A model generated the notes under the pieces. The model searched no databases and was not told where the DNA came from. It was given only the letters and a program-made list of their open reading frames with translations. A program made the translations under genes and the position numbers. A DNA stretch of 64,000 nucleotides from Podarcis bocagei (Eukaryota), in NCBI GenBank assembly GCA_964188305.1, contig OZ076887.1, one strand, 5' to 3'. Of the stretch, positions 51,273-64,000 are shown in pieces. Every line of letters starts with the position of its first letter. The first letter of the stretch is position 1.

Positions 51273-54200
51273 CCATAAGGTCAAACCAGTTCAGTTGGTA
51301 AGAGGGAAGCTTACTATTTTCCTCTTAGCCGTGATGGTTGAGCATGAAGTATTTTCATCTGATGTTGCAACAAGCACAGAAATAATGGCTGCTAGTATTT
51401 GCAAAAAGCAGACCAAAATGGTGGAATTTTTTGACTTACAAAAAGCAAATGAGAGTTACCTGCTGATCATTTCCACTGTTTGTCCATAGAGGATGCTACA
51501 TTCAAGGATGGAAGTAAGTTTTTGAATAAATAACCATTGGTAAAATATATTTATATCTGGCAGTAATTAGTAGGAAAGAGCCAGCTTATACTCTGATTAT
51601 AGCCTTTATAGACATCCAGAAGCTTGATCCAGTGTTGTTTTTTTGTTTATTTGGTCAAAGGAGCTTCAGTAATAATTCACTCACAACAACTGCCACATGC
51701 ATCTTAATGGAGGAAGCACATTTGCAAGCATATTTCTTTGAATGTACAAATTTGGTCCTCATGGAAATGAATGAGGCAGCAGCAAAGGATACACTTTGCA
51801 ATGTACGGTATTCTTTCCCTACTGCTCCAGAAACATTGGATGAATACAGATACCATCTCAACAGAAAGTCCATTCTGTACGGTGTTGGAATCAAGCCTTC
51901 AGCACTTACCCTTTGGAATTTCCTCAAATTCGGCGGGCACCTATTGAAGACCTTCCTTTTCCCAGAACACATTCTAAGTGAAGATTTTTGTCCCATTTTT
52001 GTATCTGTATTGAACCTGAATTTGTTTTATATATGTCTTAATGTTGATGCTTTTATTGTTAAATGACTTCAGATTATTTTATGGGAAGCAATTCAGAAAC
52101 CATTGGTGGCAAAGCCAATGGCATAGTTCCTTCCCACACTAACATCACCTTTTGTAAGAATGGCATTCATCTGGGAAGGAAGTAAATCACTGGTGGTTAT
52201 TCATCTCTTTCCAGAGTTGTAGCAACAGAGAAGTGACTTTCACATTGCTGTGGCAAAGAATGAATTGCTGCTCAGAACTCTCACCAAAAGTGTTAAGGGG
52301 TCTTACAGAACAGGGCCCTAAGGGGCATATCTCAAGAATTACTCCTTTCCTATAAAAAGACACTCTGATTGCTGTTTCATCTTAAATGCTGACTTGGTTA
52401 GGAGTTCCTGCATATTTCTCAATTTTTTCTCCATTTTTAGTCACTATGGGACTCCTGGAAAATATGTTATCCCAGTAGGCATCCTGATAATCTTGTTCGT
52501 ATAACTTGCTCTAACACATTAATAAAGGAGATAATTTAATGGACAGGCAAAGTACATACTATTATCATCCAGGTTTGAAACGTGACTCCCTTGTGTCACA
52601 AAAAGTAATTTTTCCTTCTTCTGCTGTAATCTATTCACTCTTATATCGCCCATAGTAACAGTCTCTCCTCTTTGTCTCTTGCATAACAATGCATTCAGAA
52701 ATATATGTTAAATTATAGCCCACTTGTAACTGCACAGAAGCAGATTTAGGCAGCTATTTTTAAAAACCACTCAATGGTGGGGAGCTCTATCTAATGCTCT
52801 TCTGACTTCTTAGCTAGGTTATACAAAGAAGTTTTGCATAACTTCAGCCTGTTTTCAGAACCTCCACTCTTTCTGTCTTTGTTATGTCTGTTTGTACTGC
52901 ACTGATTAAGTAGTTAAGATATGACCGGGGTAAAAAAAAACCCTCAATGTGCCATTTAAACATGGCTAAAAACATTTGAATGGTGCTGACTATGAAGAAA
53001 GAACCATATCAATTTCATCAGGGTTGCTGGTCCATGGAGTAGACTTGACCTGCTCCACCACTCTATCATTGTGGTCAAAATGGTTTTAACAGATTAGCCA
53101 TCAAAAAGTGAAATTGTGAAATGGCACCAACTGGAAAGAAAAACATTGTGCAGTGTGTGCTCTAAATAAAGGGGCTTTTGGGGGGATGCTGTAATCGACT
53201 AAACATGTTCTGTAAGCTGCTGGTGTGTGAACTTGCCTTCCCCAACTTGGTGCCCTGGAGAAGTATTGGACAACTGTCCCTGACCATTGGCCATTCTAGT
53301 TTGGGCTGATGGGAGTTGTAGTCCAAAACATTTGGAGAGCCCCAGTTGGGAAAGTCTTATGTATCACCAACAGTGGATTGGAAAGAATAATTATAGGATG
53401 GTTTCTGCTTATTAATTGCTCTTTCAGCTCATCTGAGCAAGTTTGTATAGATGATCTAAAATGCTGTATAGGGCTGCCAGATAAATTGTTAAAAACTAAG
53501 GTAAGTGTTTTTTAATATGTGTTAGGATCAGGAAGTTAATTCTTTTAAGAAAAGGAGCATTCCTTCAGGACAAACAAGATATGAAGGAATTGATACATGA
53601 GCAAATTCACTGTTTAACTGTACAATAATTGTGTTGGCTTTGAGCCAGATCGTTTCCTACTCATTCACAGAAAAGAAGATAATTTTGCACACCAAGACAT
53701 CACTGACCAGCAGGAAGTCCGGAGGTGAAATGATTTTCATTCGCTGCTATTGTAACCTGCTTACATTCTCTTTATGACATTTGACTTTCATGTGTTAAGA
53801 GCAAAGGAATCTACCTCTGTATGCATGCGTCCTTCTTTTTCAAGTGCCCAAAGAAGAAAGGGAAGACAACAAAGAAACAGCAGAGAGATACCTCTGAAAT
53901 AATCCAATACCAACAACACTTACACTTGAGTCTTCTTGGGCTGTGCCCTGAAGCCCTTTTTTGCCACTTTGACAAAGCAGGATCTCTCAATAGCAAACAC
54001 ACGTCTCTTCCTATATCCATTTTTCAAATAAAAATAGAGCATTCTATGGCAGTCACTGAGAATATGTTGTATTGAAGGAAAGTGGGTGAGGGATTAGAAC
54101 AGGAGACAACTGGAGAGATGATCAAAGCTTTACTTTTTGAACTTTGGTCTTAGGATCAGGCTGTATGTTCTATCAGTCCACATAGAGGCCGACTGCCAGT

Positions 54201-57175
54201 ACTTTCTTATGAGATCACCTCCAAACAGAAAGTTGACATGTAAAATGTTTCTAGTCATGTCATTCACCATGCTGTTTAGAGCTGCCCATGCCACCGCCAA
54301 TGTTAACTGGTTGTGGTATGAATATACTCCACATGAATTAGCCTGATCCAATGGTGAGGGTTGCTGGTCAGTAGCGTTATGAAGAATATACTTATTCAAT
54401 TGCTTTAGCTTGGTCATTTCTCAAAATTGCATTTTGTTTTCCAAGACATTAGCAGATTCTGAATATTTTGTTTAATTGAGAGTTTTGTTGCTTTGTTGAA
54501 GGGACCTATGGGTGAACTCCCTTAAGTTTTGGTGATGAGTTGTAGTGCTACACTATAATGGACACAATAGGTCATCTAGCCCAGGACAGCCAACATGGCA
54601 CCTTCCAGTCTCTGTTGGACTCCATTTGCATCTGCCTCAGCCAGCATTGCTAATGGTCAGAGATAATGGCTACCCCGATCTAGTCTAACCCTTTCCCTAA
54701 TATAAGGTATCCTCTATCCTGTAATTCATTGCTTTGCTCTTTTGTACTTGAGTTTTCAGACTTCTGTAAAATTGCTTATTTATCCTTATAATTGGCCGTG
54801 GCATCATTAGATTTCATTCTGTTAAATCATAAATCATTTTAATCTATCACAGGGAAACTCCAGGAGTTTCTCTTTATGTGTATATACACTTAACATCCTG
54901 TTCTATGAATCTTTGAGGCAATATTCCTGTCTGTGTTGCCACATTTACTCTGCAGCAACCATATATTTTCACTTTTTAGATAAGGGATTAATCCCACTGA
55001 CTAGGTTTCTTAGAGACAAAATTTCATCTCCGGATTGCATTTCCAAAAAAGCTTAGAAAGCACTGAATTAGATATATATTGGATTGTATGTTTTCTAAAG
55101 CCTAAAAGACAATTCCTACTAGTCCCAGTGTGAGCTAGCTCCCTTAGTACTTGCTGACCAAAATGACGACTTTGGCTCCAGTATGGATCCTGAGTTGAGC
55201 TGCTCCGCCCACTGAATAGGCACTGAATCTTGCTTTAGTATTGCAACATTACGCTTTACAATACTTTTTTCTTCTTCCTACGGAGTTGATTGTGGGGCAA
55301 AAGACATGGCAGCTGAGGAAGGTCTGGTTTGGAACAATTCCCCCTGGGATAATAAGGATGAAGGTGATCAAATTGTGGTGATTTAAATAGGGGAAGAGTA
55401 AAACTAGACTTTCAGAGTGCAGGGGCACATGATATTCAGAGAGCCAAAGCACTGTAGCCTAAAACACAAGTGCAAAAGACACTCAGAGGGACTCAAAAAA
55501 TGAGTCCCTCTAAGTGTCTTTTGCACTTATATAGCTTATATGGTAGGCTAGAAGCCTCTAGGCCAAGATGAGTGAACTTGGTCTTAGAGCACAGCACTGA
55601 TATAGCAAGCATAATGCAATCCTGATGGGATGCAGGTAACCAATGAAATACATTTATCTCAACAAAAATTCTATAGGAAGGAGAAAGAGGAGCATTGTGG
55701 GCATGGTGTTGCCCTATATGTATGTCAATGAGGGCATTGAGTCTGACAAGCTAGAATTTGTAAAAGGGGCAGACTCCTCCACAGACCGAACATCACTGGT
55801 ATCTCTGCCATGAGCCTTTTAGTGCTGCTCTATTAAATGTGTGTTAAGCCTCACAATTGTTGTTTCAGAACGTTTGTTTGTTTGCTTTTACCAATTTCCA
55901 TACTTTTGTCTTTAGCACATCTATTTGAATGTAACATTACAATTAGCCCTTAGTTGCTTAGCTGACAGGCCTACCCACCTCAGAAACACTGTATACTAAC
56001 TAACATAATTTAAAGCAGACAGCCCAAAGATGTGAGGAAGGGAGACCTTTTGAAACAAAAGTCTAATTTTGGCAGTATTATTCTGGGCAGAGCCTACCTC
56101 GTGCAACCCTACTTTATGCAGTTTAAAAAAAATTATGGCTGTATAAAATCTGATTAATTATCATAGTTAAGTCCTGAAATGCATGGCATTATCTTTTTTG
56201 ATATTACCCATTATGAAATAAAAGCCTGCATCTCCCTTGTTATGCTCCAGATGTCTCACTTTTAAAATCAGTGGCCTCACCTCATGTTCCATCTCCACTT
56301 TACATATAATTAAGCACATTGTCCTAGCATATTAGCATGCCTCTTACCACAGAATTTGAAAGGGAAGATTTGCTTCTCTCTTTTTTTGTCTTTTCCTCGC
56401 ACCTGTTAAAGAAAGCCTCGCTCCCCTCTGAGTCATCTTGCAGCAAAGCAGCTTTCTGATATTTCGGAATACTGTACCTAACTATATTCATTTATTAATC
56501 CATGGATAATTACTAACTCTGTGGCCTCTATAATTTAGCACTTGCCTCTGGCCTCCACGCCTCTTGGCACATCCCCACTGCTGCTGTTCCACTCTGACAG
56601 CGGAGCCACACGGCAGCCATCTTTAGTGGTTTGGAAGCTGTAAGTACACCCACATCGTTCTTCCTTTTACCCCAGTGACATATCCAGCCTTAAAATGCCT
56701 GAAGGAGGAGAATATGCAACTGTTAAAAGTCCAGTGCAAATATCTCTTCTCTCAAAAACCCCAATTCTTTGTACGAAGCATTGCCTGACAGAGCCCACTA
56801 AGCTACAGAGGGGAGGCACAAAACAGGAGTAGGCCGAAGTGCAGGATGAACCCTGTGCCAAAGCCAGGCGTGTTTAGCCTCTCCAGCACCATTGCAGGGT
56901 GGGGTCCACTTTGTAGCCCTGGAGAATTGCTGTCTCCTTAAGACTAAAAGGAAAATGGAAATCAATGTTGGATGGTATGGTTTGGTTATGAACAAATATA
57001 GGAAGGCTTCAGCGGCTGACTTGGCATTCTCAGAAAGGAGGGAACGGAGGAGAGGAGGAGGAGCTTCTGCTCCTTGCCTCCTTCAGTTGCTTTTGCCCTC
57101 AGGAGCTGTGGCTATATATAGTACAAAAAACGTGGTCCAACTCCTGAACCTAAGGAGAAAAAGGTTACCCTTGTT

Positions 57176-57565
57176 CAGTGCTTTTTTTCTGGGGGTACGC
57201 AGGAGTACGCATACCCCTAAACATGTTGTGAATCTAAGTTTGGCCTCCTTGAGGGGCAGTATTTCAATACGAGTAGGAAAATGAGAGTACAGTGGTACCT
57301 CGGGTTACAAACGCTTCAGGTTACATACGCTTCAGGTTACAGACTCCGCTAACCCAGAAATAGTACCTCGGGTTAAGAACTTTGCTTCAGGATGAGAACA
57401 GAAATCGGGCTGCAGCGGCGCAGCAGCAGTGGGAGGCCCCATTAGCTAAAGTGGTGGTTCAGGTTAAGAACAGTTTCGGGTTAAGAACGGACCTCCGGAA
57501 CGAATTAAGTACTTAACCCGAGGTACCGCTGTACCCCTAAACATTTTTTAGGGGGGAAAACACTG
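57176..57565. mobile_element. hAT-type MITE (CAGTGCTTTT...AAAACACTG) carrying a nested Tigger-like MITE
   Basis: Short TIRs, partial 8-bp TSD CCCTTGTT/CCCTTTTC. Internal TACCCCTAAACAT repeated on both sides of the nested insertion. Confidence 0.7.
57290..57531. mobile_element. Tigger-like MITE, 242 bp, nested
   Basis: TA|CAGTGGTACCTCGGGTT ... AACCCGAGGTACCGCTG|TA. Reverse-complement homolog of 33324-33565. Confidence 0.92.
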
Positions 57566-57687
57566 CCCTTTTCCTCTTCTGAAACTTTCCCATAGAGCAT
57601 AGGAACCACAAACCCGATGGCATGCATCTGCCTGACCCTAAGCACCACCTCCCTGCTCTTCAATTATTTAGAGACTTGAACAGACCA

Positions 57688-57789
57688 GAAGAGAAGAGAA
57701 GAGAAGAGTTTTGGATTTGATATCTCGCCTTTCACTCCCTTTAAGGAGTCTCAAAGCGGCTAACATTCTCCTTTCCCTTCCTCCCTCAC
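57688..57789 (-). mobile_element. Squam3-like SINE 3' fragment
   Basis: Reverse complement of the 3' part of the 1931-2183 SINE (TTGGATTTGATATC...GGAGTCTCAAAGCGGCT..CTCCTTTCCCTTCCTCC) with a GAAGA tail. Confidence 0.85.
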
Positions 57790-57964
57790 TCTTCTTCTTC
57801 TTCTTTTTCTTTAAACTCATCTACTTCTGTGTATCTTAGGAGTCCCCTCAGTATGCCGTGTCCCTGATCTATTCTTGGATTATCCTGTTTGGCTTCCTAA
57901 CCAGATAGGTACAGAATCACTCAAGTTTAATATTAAGAGGGAGCAAGTATAGCCCTCAACAAAA

Positions 57965-57965
<1 letters not shown>

Positions 57966-58027
<62 letters not shown>

Positions 58028-58432
58028 TGTTGTGTAGCACCCTATACCCACAGGTCTCAGGGCAGTTCACAGGATAAAATAAGAACATAAAACCACAAAA
58101 TATATAATAAAAATAACCCAATAACTCCTCCCAACACATTTTAAAAGGGCAGAGGATGTCAGTTAACGTTAAAGAGGAACGTTTTTGCCTGGCACCTAAG
58201 GTGTATAACAAAGGCACCAGGCAAACCTCCCTCGGGAGAGCATTCCACAAATGGGGAGCCACTGCAGAAAAGGCCCGTTCTCGTGTTGCCACCCTCTGGA
58301 CCTCTTGTGGAAGAAGCCCAGGAAGAAGGGCTTCAGAAGATGATCTCAGAGTCCAAGTGGGTTCACATGGAAAGAGGCGGTCCTGAGCCATTTAAGGCTT
58401 TATAGGTCAAAACCAGCACTTGGAATTGGCCC
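57966..58432 (-). mobile_element. L2 LINE 3' fragment with (TTA)n tail
   Basis: Minus-strand ORF has LRSSSEALL...RERAFSAVAPHLWNALP (L2 ORF2 C-terminal motif). The (AAT)n at 57966-58020 is the tail. Confidence 0.85.
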
Positions 58433-58920
58433 ACCCAGAAACGAAAATGCTGCACTGTATTCCCAACCCCTAACAGAAGCTTCCGCGTTCAGGATTTCAA
58501 CCTGGAAAAACTGTCCTTTAAACTTCCATTTCTTATAAAACATTGCCATATAATGTGTGGAGGTGAGGTTTTAAACTCATCCTGTGCATCTACCGATCCT
58601 TAATCACCCATCCAGGAAATAAGTAATAAAAACTGAGGACTCAACGCATCCAGTTCCCCCATCATTTTCTCCTGCACCCCATCCAACTGACACCCCCAGC
58701 TGTCTGTTGCTCAACTGCCCCCAAGCTTTCTATAGATCTTGGATTCTCACTGGGCCTCTGGGCATAAGGTCCTTCCTGGGTTTTTTTAAATTGGATTTTT
58801 AATTTACAGACTAGTTTATTTCTGCACACCTACAGCTATGCAAAAGCAGTTTTACCTTATATTCTGCTTCCAGATTAATAGGCATAGAACCACTCACCTA
58901 GCAAAGGAATAAAAAAATTA

Positions 58921-59101
58921 CCACATTTACTCAAATCTAATGCACCATTGAATCTAATGCACACCTCAATTTTCAGAACCTTTAAACCAAAAAAAGTATT
59001 TGCTGGTGAATGAAAATGTGCTATCGAATCTAATATGCACCTTAATTTTTGCAATGAAATTTGACCCAAAAAAGGTGAGCATTAGATTCGAGTAAATACA
59101 G
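58921..59101. mobile_element. Older CCGTA-type Tc1/mariner MITE, ~181 bp
   Basis: TA|CCACATTTACTCAAATCTAATGC ... GCATTAGATTCGAGTAAATACAG. TIRs degraded by CpG decay. Confidence 0.7.
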
Positions 59102-59237
59102 TGTATATTCAAACACCAAAATCCAGAAAACCATAAGCAAATTTCAGGTCAGTGTATCCACTGATGGCTTCACAGTGTCCAACCCATCTAAGCTGTGGCT
59201 AGCATTATTCAAAGTAGCATCGTTGGTCATCTGTAAG

Positions 59238-59801
59238 TAGGGATGGGGGGAAATTCAGTTCAATTCAATTTGTATTTAAAGATGAACTGAACTTTCCCAA
59301 ACAATGTGCATTCTAAAACACAGCCATCTTTCCAAATTCATGCTTCTCTGATTTTTTGCAGTGCAGCTCCAGCCAAGTAATGTGTAGAAAAATGCCTATA
59401 CTAGGGTAAAATGTCCCTTAAAATGTATATATTGGTGCAAAGAACTTACAAAAATGCATTTTATTGGGGGAAATTGTTTTGCAAAAATGCATTTTATTGG
59501 GGGAAATTGTTTTGCAAAAATGCATTTTATTGGGGGAAATTGTTTTGCAAAAATGATTGTATTGGGCAAAATTGAATAAGGGAGAAAAGTATTTCATAAA
59601 ATTTATACACCACCTTATTGCTTTTTTAAAAAAACCCCTCAAAGTGGTTTACAATTCACACTAAAATGCTGGTGATTTTTTTTAGAGCTCTTTAAAAAGA
59701 AAGAAAGATCAAACTGGTTTGGAAATGTGGATCTGCACTTAAGATTTGGGGGGAAAAGAGAAACTGAGAGAAGTCAAAATTGACAAACTCATCCCTCCCT
59801 C
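59238..59801. mobile_element. hAT-like non-autonomous element with internal 33-bp minisatellite
   Basis: TAGGGATG...CATCCCT termini. Flanking TCTGTAAG / CCTGTAAG (7/8 TSD). Confidence 0.65.
59449..59555. repeat. 33-bp tandem repeat x3.2 (CAAAAATGCATTTTATTGGGGGAAATTGTTTTG)
   Basis: Three perfect copies starting at 59449, 59482 and 59515, plus a partial copy. Confidence 0.95.
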
Positions 59802-62136
59802 CCTGTAAGGAAAGTAGGTGGTTAAGAGCTAATGTTTATGCTAGGGCCATTATTTGCTTTCATCTTGCCCTATCAGAAGTTACTTGAAGCTATCAACATT
59901 ACTTGAAGCTAAGACACATTGACAGTGTCTTAATCAGGGCACACAGTGTGCATGCTCCATGTGCCGCCACCATGTGCTGGATGCAGCCTGGCCCCCTGTA
60001 GAATCACATATTCCTTTGGTTACAGATCACCTGAGCCATGCAGTGAAACCTGTTTCTACACACAGGTTGGCTTATCCAGAGCAGGCTGATATTCTCCACA
60101 ATCATGAATGCTTTCACATTGTAAACTGGCCTGAGATCTGTAGATGAAGGGTGGTAGCAAAACCTCCCTCTCCTAGCTAGGCAGCAGAGCCCACTTACCA
60201 CCACTGAGATATGGGAGCACAAGAATTGCCCTTCAACAGGACAAACCAGCAGGCATCCCAAATGTTCCGAGCTACGAGATAAAGGAAATGGTTCTGCATG
60301 CAATAAAACAAAACCAATGAAAAAAGTTCTTCTTTTCAGTAAATTATGGTTCTAGGGATCTCCCCACCTCCTCGACTGCTCGGTGCTTGGAGTTACATTA
60401 TGTCTCAAGTAACTCTCCTGATGACAGTAGCTATCATCGGATCATTAAGAATTTGCCATTGCCTGACCTTACATGGAAGGATATAGATGAAGATGCCACG
60501 TAAAAAACCAGCCCATTTTCATTTCTTCACCCTCACAAATCACTGTTAATTTAAAGCTCTGCTACCTTTATTCAGAACCAGGAGACCTGTCATAAGGCTA
60601 TCAGCTACCCTTTGAGAAGTGCATAGGTAGTTTCTCTACTAAAATATATTTAGATCTGCCAACTGGTCTTTCTTTCCCCTTTCTGCCTATCCTCAGTTCC
60701 TAGCTTTCCAATTATAGCTCACAACTAACCTGCTAGTGACCTGCACTCCATGCTCTAGCACACACTTTGCTTCCTGCAAAATCAATTTCCCCAACTAATT
60801 ATAGCCACTGGCACCTCCCGTAATGGGCCCATAATAATAGAAGAACCATAGCTGCAACTGGTATTCTGTGTTTCAGAGGAGAAAAATGGGCACATCTTTA
60901 TAACCATTGCCAATAAAAAACCAAATTTGTCATCTAGAGAACCTGAGTTCTGTGCCAAGAAAAGCCCACTTACGTGATTTGAGTAAATTTTACAAATCTC
61001 ACAAAGCTGCATCTATTTGTTTATTTTGCAGGCTTTATTCTGCTTCTCATGTTATTGAGGATGGGATTAGAAACTCCACCCCATGACAACTAGAACTCAT
61101 TTTCTGCCTTACCATCTGAGATTTCATCAAACAATGCCCACAGGTTTTTCGAGCTTGTCTCCACTAATAACTAGAATGCTGCTTTTTTTAAAAGAATAAG
61201 ACTGTCAGTTGAGATTCATTATCTGCACAAAGCAATCTACAAAAGAAACATGGAGTTCTGTCTCCATGTCCAAACACTGGATAATCTCTGGATGGACTCG
61301 GCTACGATGCCAGACAAGCACCTGGTAGACCAACTCCCAAATTCAATGCCCTACTCAGGAAGGATAGAACTCTAGCTAACTAACTAACAACTATTGGTGG
61401 GACCCAATAGCTTACCACGGGCCCTTTAGATCTGCAGGTGCAAAACTATCAGTGCAGTGTCATCCCAACCAGAAGCCATAGTGGCTTCTCCACATTCAGA
61501 TGGACTTGTGTTGATGAGTTTGAACTAGAAATAGCTCAGAGGCAGGGTACAAATGATCTCTTACTAGAGGTGAAAACACATGTCCTTCTGCAGTCTGTGG
61601 TACACATTATTTCTTATTTTCTGTATCATCCCTGTGGTGATCAAACCACATCTTTGTTGTTTCATAGTGGATATCTGCTAAAATGTGTAACAAAGTTAAG
61701 CCGAGCCAGCATTGTTAAGTTGATGTCGTTGTACCTCTGCTGGATAGTGCCTGAGACGTTCCCAGTGATGAATGAAACACTCCCCATTTCAATAGAATTT
61801 ATACTTTAAAAATCCATCTTGGAAATTGAACTTGCCCCTGCTAGAGGAATCCTATTTGGAGGGTCACCTGGAGCTCCCAAAGGCAATGATGAGCAGTCCA
61901 TGTTAAGGAATTGTGAGGCAGAGCAGGAGGCAGATATGCTACCTTGTGTAGACTGCCTTCCATTTGTCTCCTCCTCTGCTCAATATTTGTTGCTGCTTCC
62001 ACTTGTAAGAAAAAATATTACAAATATACCATAGATCTCCTTGTCCAAAGGGAAAAAAGAATCTCGGGAATGTCTGGGAATGGTTGGGAAGTGGGAGCTT
62101 ATAACATTTTAAGTCCTACGATACAAAAGTGGCATA

Positions 62137-62224
62137 AAAAGGTAAAGGTAAAGGACCCCTGACAGTTAAATCCAGTCGCAGACGACTCTGGGGTTGCGGT
62201 GTTCATCTCGCTTTACAGGCCAAG
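62137..62224 (-). mobile_element. Sauria SINE (Squam1) 3' fragment with (ACCTTT)n tail
   Basis: AAAGGTAAAGGTAAAGGACCCCTGAC..CCAGTCG..GACTCTGGGGTTGCGG..CATCTCGCTTTA is the reverse complement of the Sauria SINE 3' end. Confidence 0.85.
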
Positions 62225-62421
62225 TGAGCAGTTGTAGGTGGGAAGGGCAGAGCCAGGGTACAATTAAGCCATACCTTTGAATGGCCTGTTTGTGTCCACA
62301 CAGGAGCAGAATCTAGGATCAGTATAATCTTCCCCTACCATCCTGGGAACACTAGTTCCTTCCTCAAAGAACTATAATTCTCAACACTCTTAACAATGTG
62401 CTTTAAATGTATGGTCTAGAT

Positions 62422-62598
62422 CAGTGGTTCCCAATTGGTGGTCCACAGATCTCAAGGGGTCTGCGTAGCCCACCGAGGGAGTCTATGTCACTATTTACAT
62501 AGCAAAAACGTACCACTGAGATATCAACATTTTCAAAATTTTGGCTTGGCTTTTGAAAAACAGGGGGTCCACAGTACTTAGCTAATTGGGAACCACTG
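62422..62598. mobile_element. hAT-Charlie-type MITE, 177 bp
   Basis: Perfect 15-bp TIR CAGTGGTTCCCAATT/AATTGGGAACCACTG. TSD GTCTAGAT / GTATAGAT with the TCTAGA-type target typical of Charlie elements. Confidence 0.88.
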
Positions 62599-64000
62599 GT
62601 ATAGATCCTTTAATAGAAGACTGGCTGAGGTTAATCATTTTGTATTTGATCTTTAGCTATTCTGGGTAATGCCCAAGTAAGTCAGAGAAGACCAACTTAA
62701 ATCAATGGACTTCGATATTGCTTCCAATGGGTCTACTATGAGTATAACTAAAGTTAGATAAGAATAACATTATTCTTATATATGGTTTATTATATACCGC
62801 TGCTAAATTAATTCCATAAAAAGACACTATCAACCCCATAGCTGTCTATCCACGTGTATGCTCTCATGAGGCAAGGAGTCTCTCTCTCTCTCCTCTCATT
62901 CACCCCAGGTATGGTTTCACAGAGGCTTCAAACGAACTTGAGGCTAAAGGAACTAAACCATAATTGATATCTTCAGAAATATAGTCCTCAGAATATTATT
63001 GATGGCAAACATCTTGCTAGGGTTGGTCAATATTCTAAACAGAATGCAGAGGGAGGCAAATACTTTGCAAGATGCAAAGATGTCAGAAGCTAGTTTGTTT
63101 TTTAGAAGAATTGTATGCTGTGCCAATTCATTTCTCTATGGCAACCTTTTATGGAACTTTTCTTAATACACACAGTGAATTTAATCTGCTGAGATCTGAG
63201 ACATGTAACTCCTCCAGGAAAATTATAGATTGCAATTTTAATTGAAAAAGACTGGCTATAAACTGATCTCTAGCATTATGATGACTAATTACATTTCTCC
63301 TTTCATAATTAACAAACTTTGAAGTAGTTTATATATTAGGTGCTTGCCCCCAGCCCTTGTAGGAAAAAGTGTTTTCTATGCTGGGAAAGGGAGAAAAAAC
63401 TGTTCTCTTAAAAAAACACAACCCAGTCCTATGCAGTGTTGGATATACCGCAGTTACCGGTAGGTTGCAGTCCTGAACACAATTACTGGGATTAATTCAC
63501 ACTGAACGTGGTGCATTGGATTCGAGTTAATTACACAAGGGTTTAAGCATAACTAATTCTTCCTGGGATCGCAGTCCTAATCTTTTTACCTTGTACTAAA
63601 TTACCTGGGATGCTATGAAAAACTGCTTTTGGGCAAACAATGCTGAAACAATGTGGCGATGCCATTACTAGGCCATCTAACTGTCAGCATACTGGAAGAG
63701 AAGTTTCCATATTATATAAAGCAGGGGTGGAGCACATGTGGCTCTTCAGATGACAGCAGACTCAAACTCCATTCCACCCCAGCCAGCAGGGCCAACGATG
63801 ACTTATTTATTTATTCAAATGTGTATATGCCATCTTCTACATTAGATCTTGAGGCTGCACAGAAACAGAAGCTGGGAATCCAGCAACGCCTGGAGGGACC
63901 AGGCTTCCTATCCTTGCTATAGCATAATAACATTTATACCAATATAATACAGATGACCTGTAAAATTAAAACAACAAAGAGTCTTCTAGCTCCTTAAAGA

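Noticed and set aside
51632-52066. 144-aa ORF after ARID1B
   Set aside because: The 3' half (LTLWNFL...HLLKTFLF) is a decayed L2 LINE end. It has a non-ATG start and no other recognisable homology.
56600-56635. CTCF- or YY1-like motif GGCAGCCATCTTTAGTGG
   Set aside because: The CTCF spacing is off by one base and a lone YY1-like match is insufficient without conservation data.
59449-59555. 33-bp repeats as a CRISPR array
   Set aside because: Contiguous repeats with no spacers, inside a eukaryotic transposon, so a minisatellite.
53000-64000. Exons of a downstream neighbour gene
   Set aside because: No ORF or spliced segment with recognisable protein homology. The region is repeat-rich intergenic DNA.

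Overview
Eukaryotic (vertebrate) genomic DNA. The SINE and DNA-transposon content points to a squamate reptile, most likely a lacertid-type lizard. The window holds the 3' half of ARID1B (BAF250b, SWI/SNF-BAF subunit) on the + strand: 13 coding exons from 3264 to the stop at 49854, with canonical AG/GT junctions wherever the junctions are visible and consistent reading-frame phases. They cover the ARID domain (22913-24421) and the C-terminal BAF250_C/armadillo-like region (48130-49854). The 3'UTR follows, then about 11 kb of repeat-rich intergenic DNA. One exon is largely lost in an assembly gap (16396-16559). Introns contain decayed L2 and CR1 LINEs, Squam3-, Squam2- and Sauria-type SINEs, and many non-autonomous hAT and Tc1/mariner-pogo MITEs. 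The most notable observations are: (1) a 117-nt in-frame ARID1A-like exon that is absent from the human ARID1B sequence as I recall it; (2) a young hAT element carrying what looks like a captured CpG-island promoter/5' gene fragment with CRE and paired IRF/PRDM1 motifs; (3) a CCGTA-ended MITE family with shared arms but unrelated internal cargo (Pack-like); (4) two near-perfect 28-29 bp hairpins; (5) a candidate 44-nt poison exon next to the gap exon. No prokaryotic features (CRISPR, operons, rRNA) are present. All homology statements come from memory of known sequences, not from database searches.
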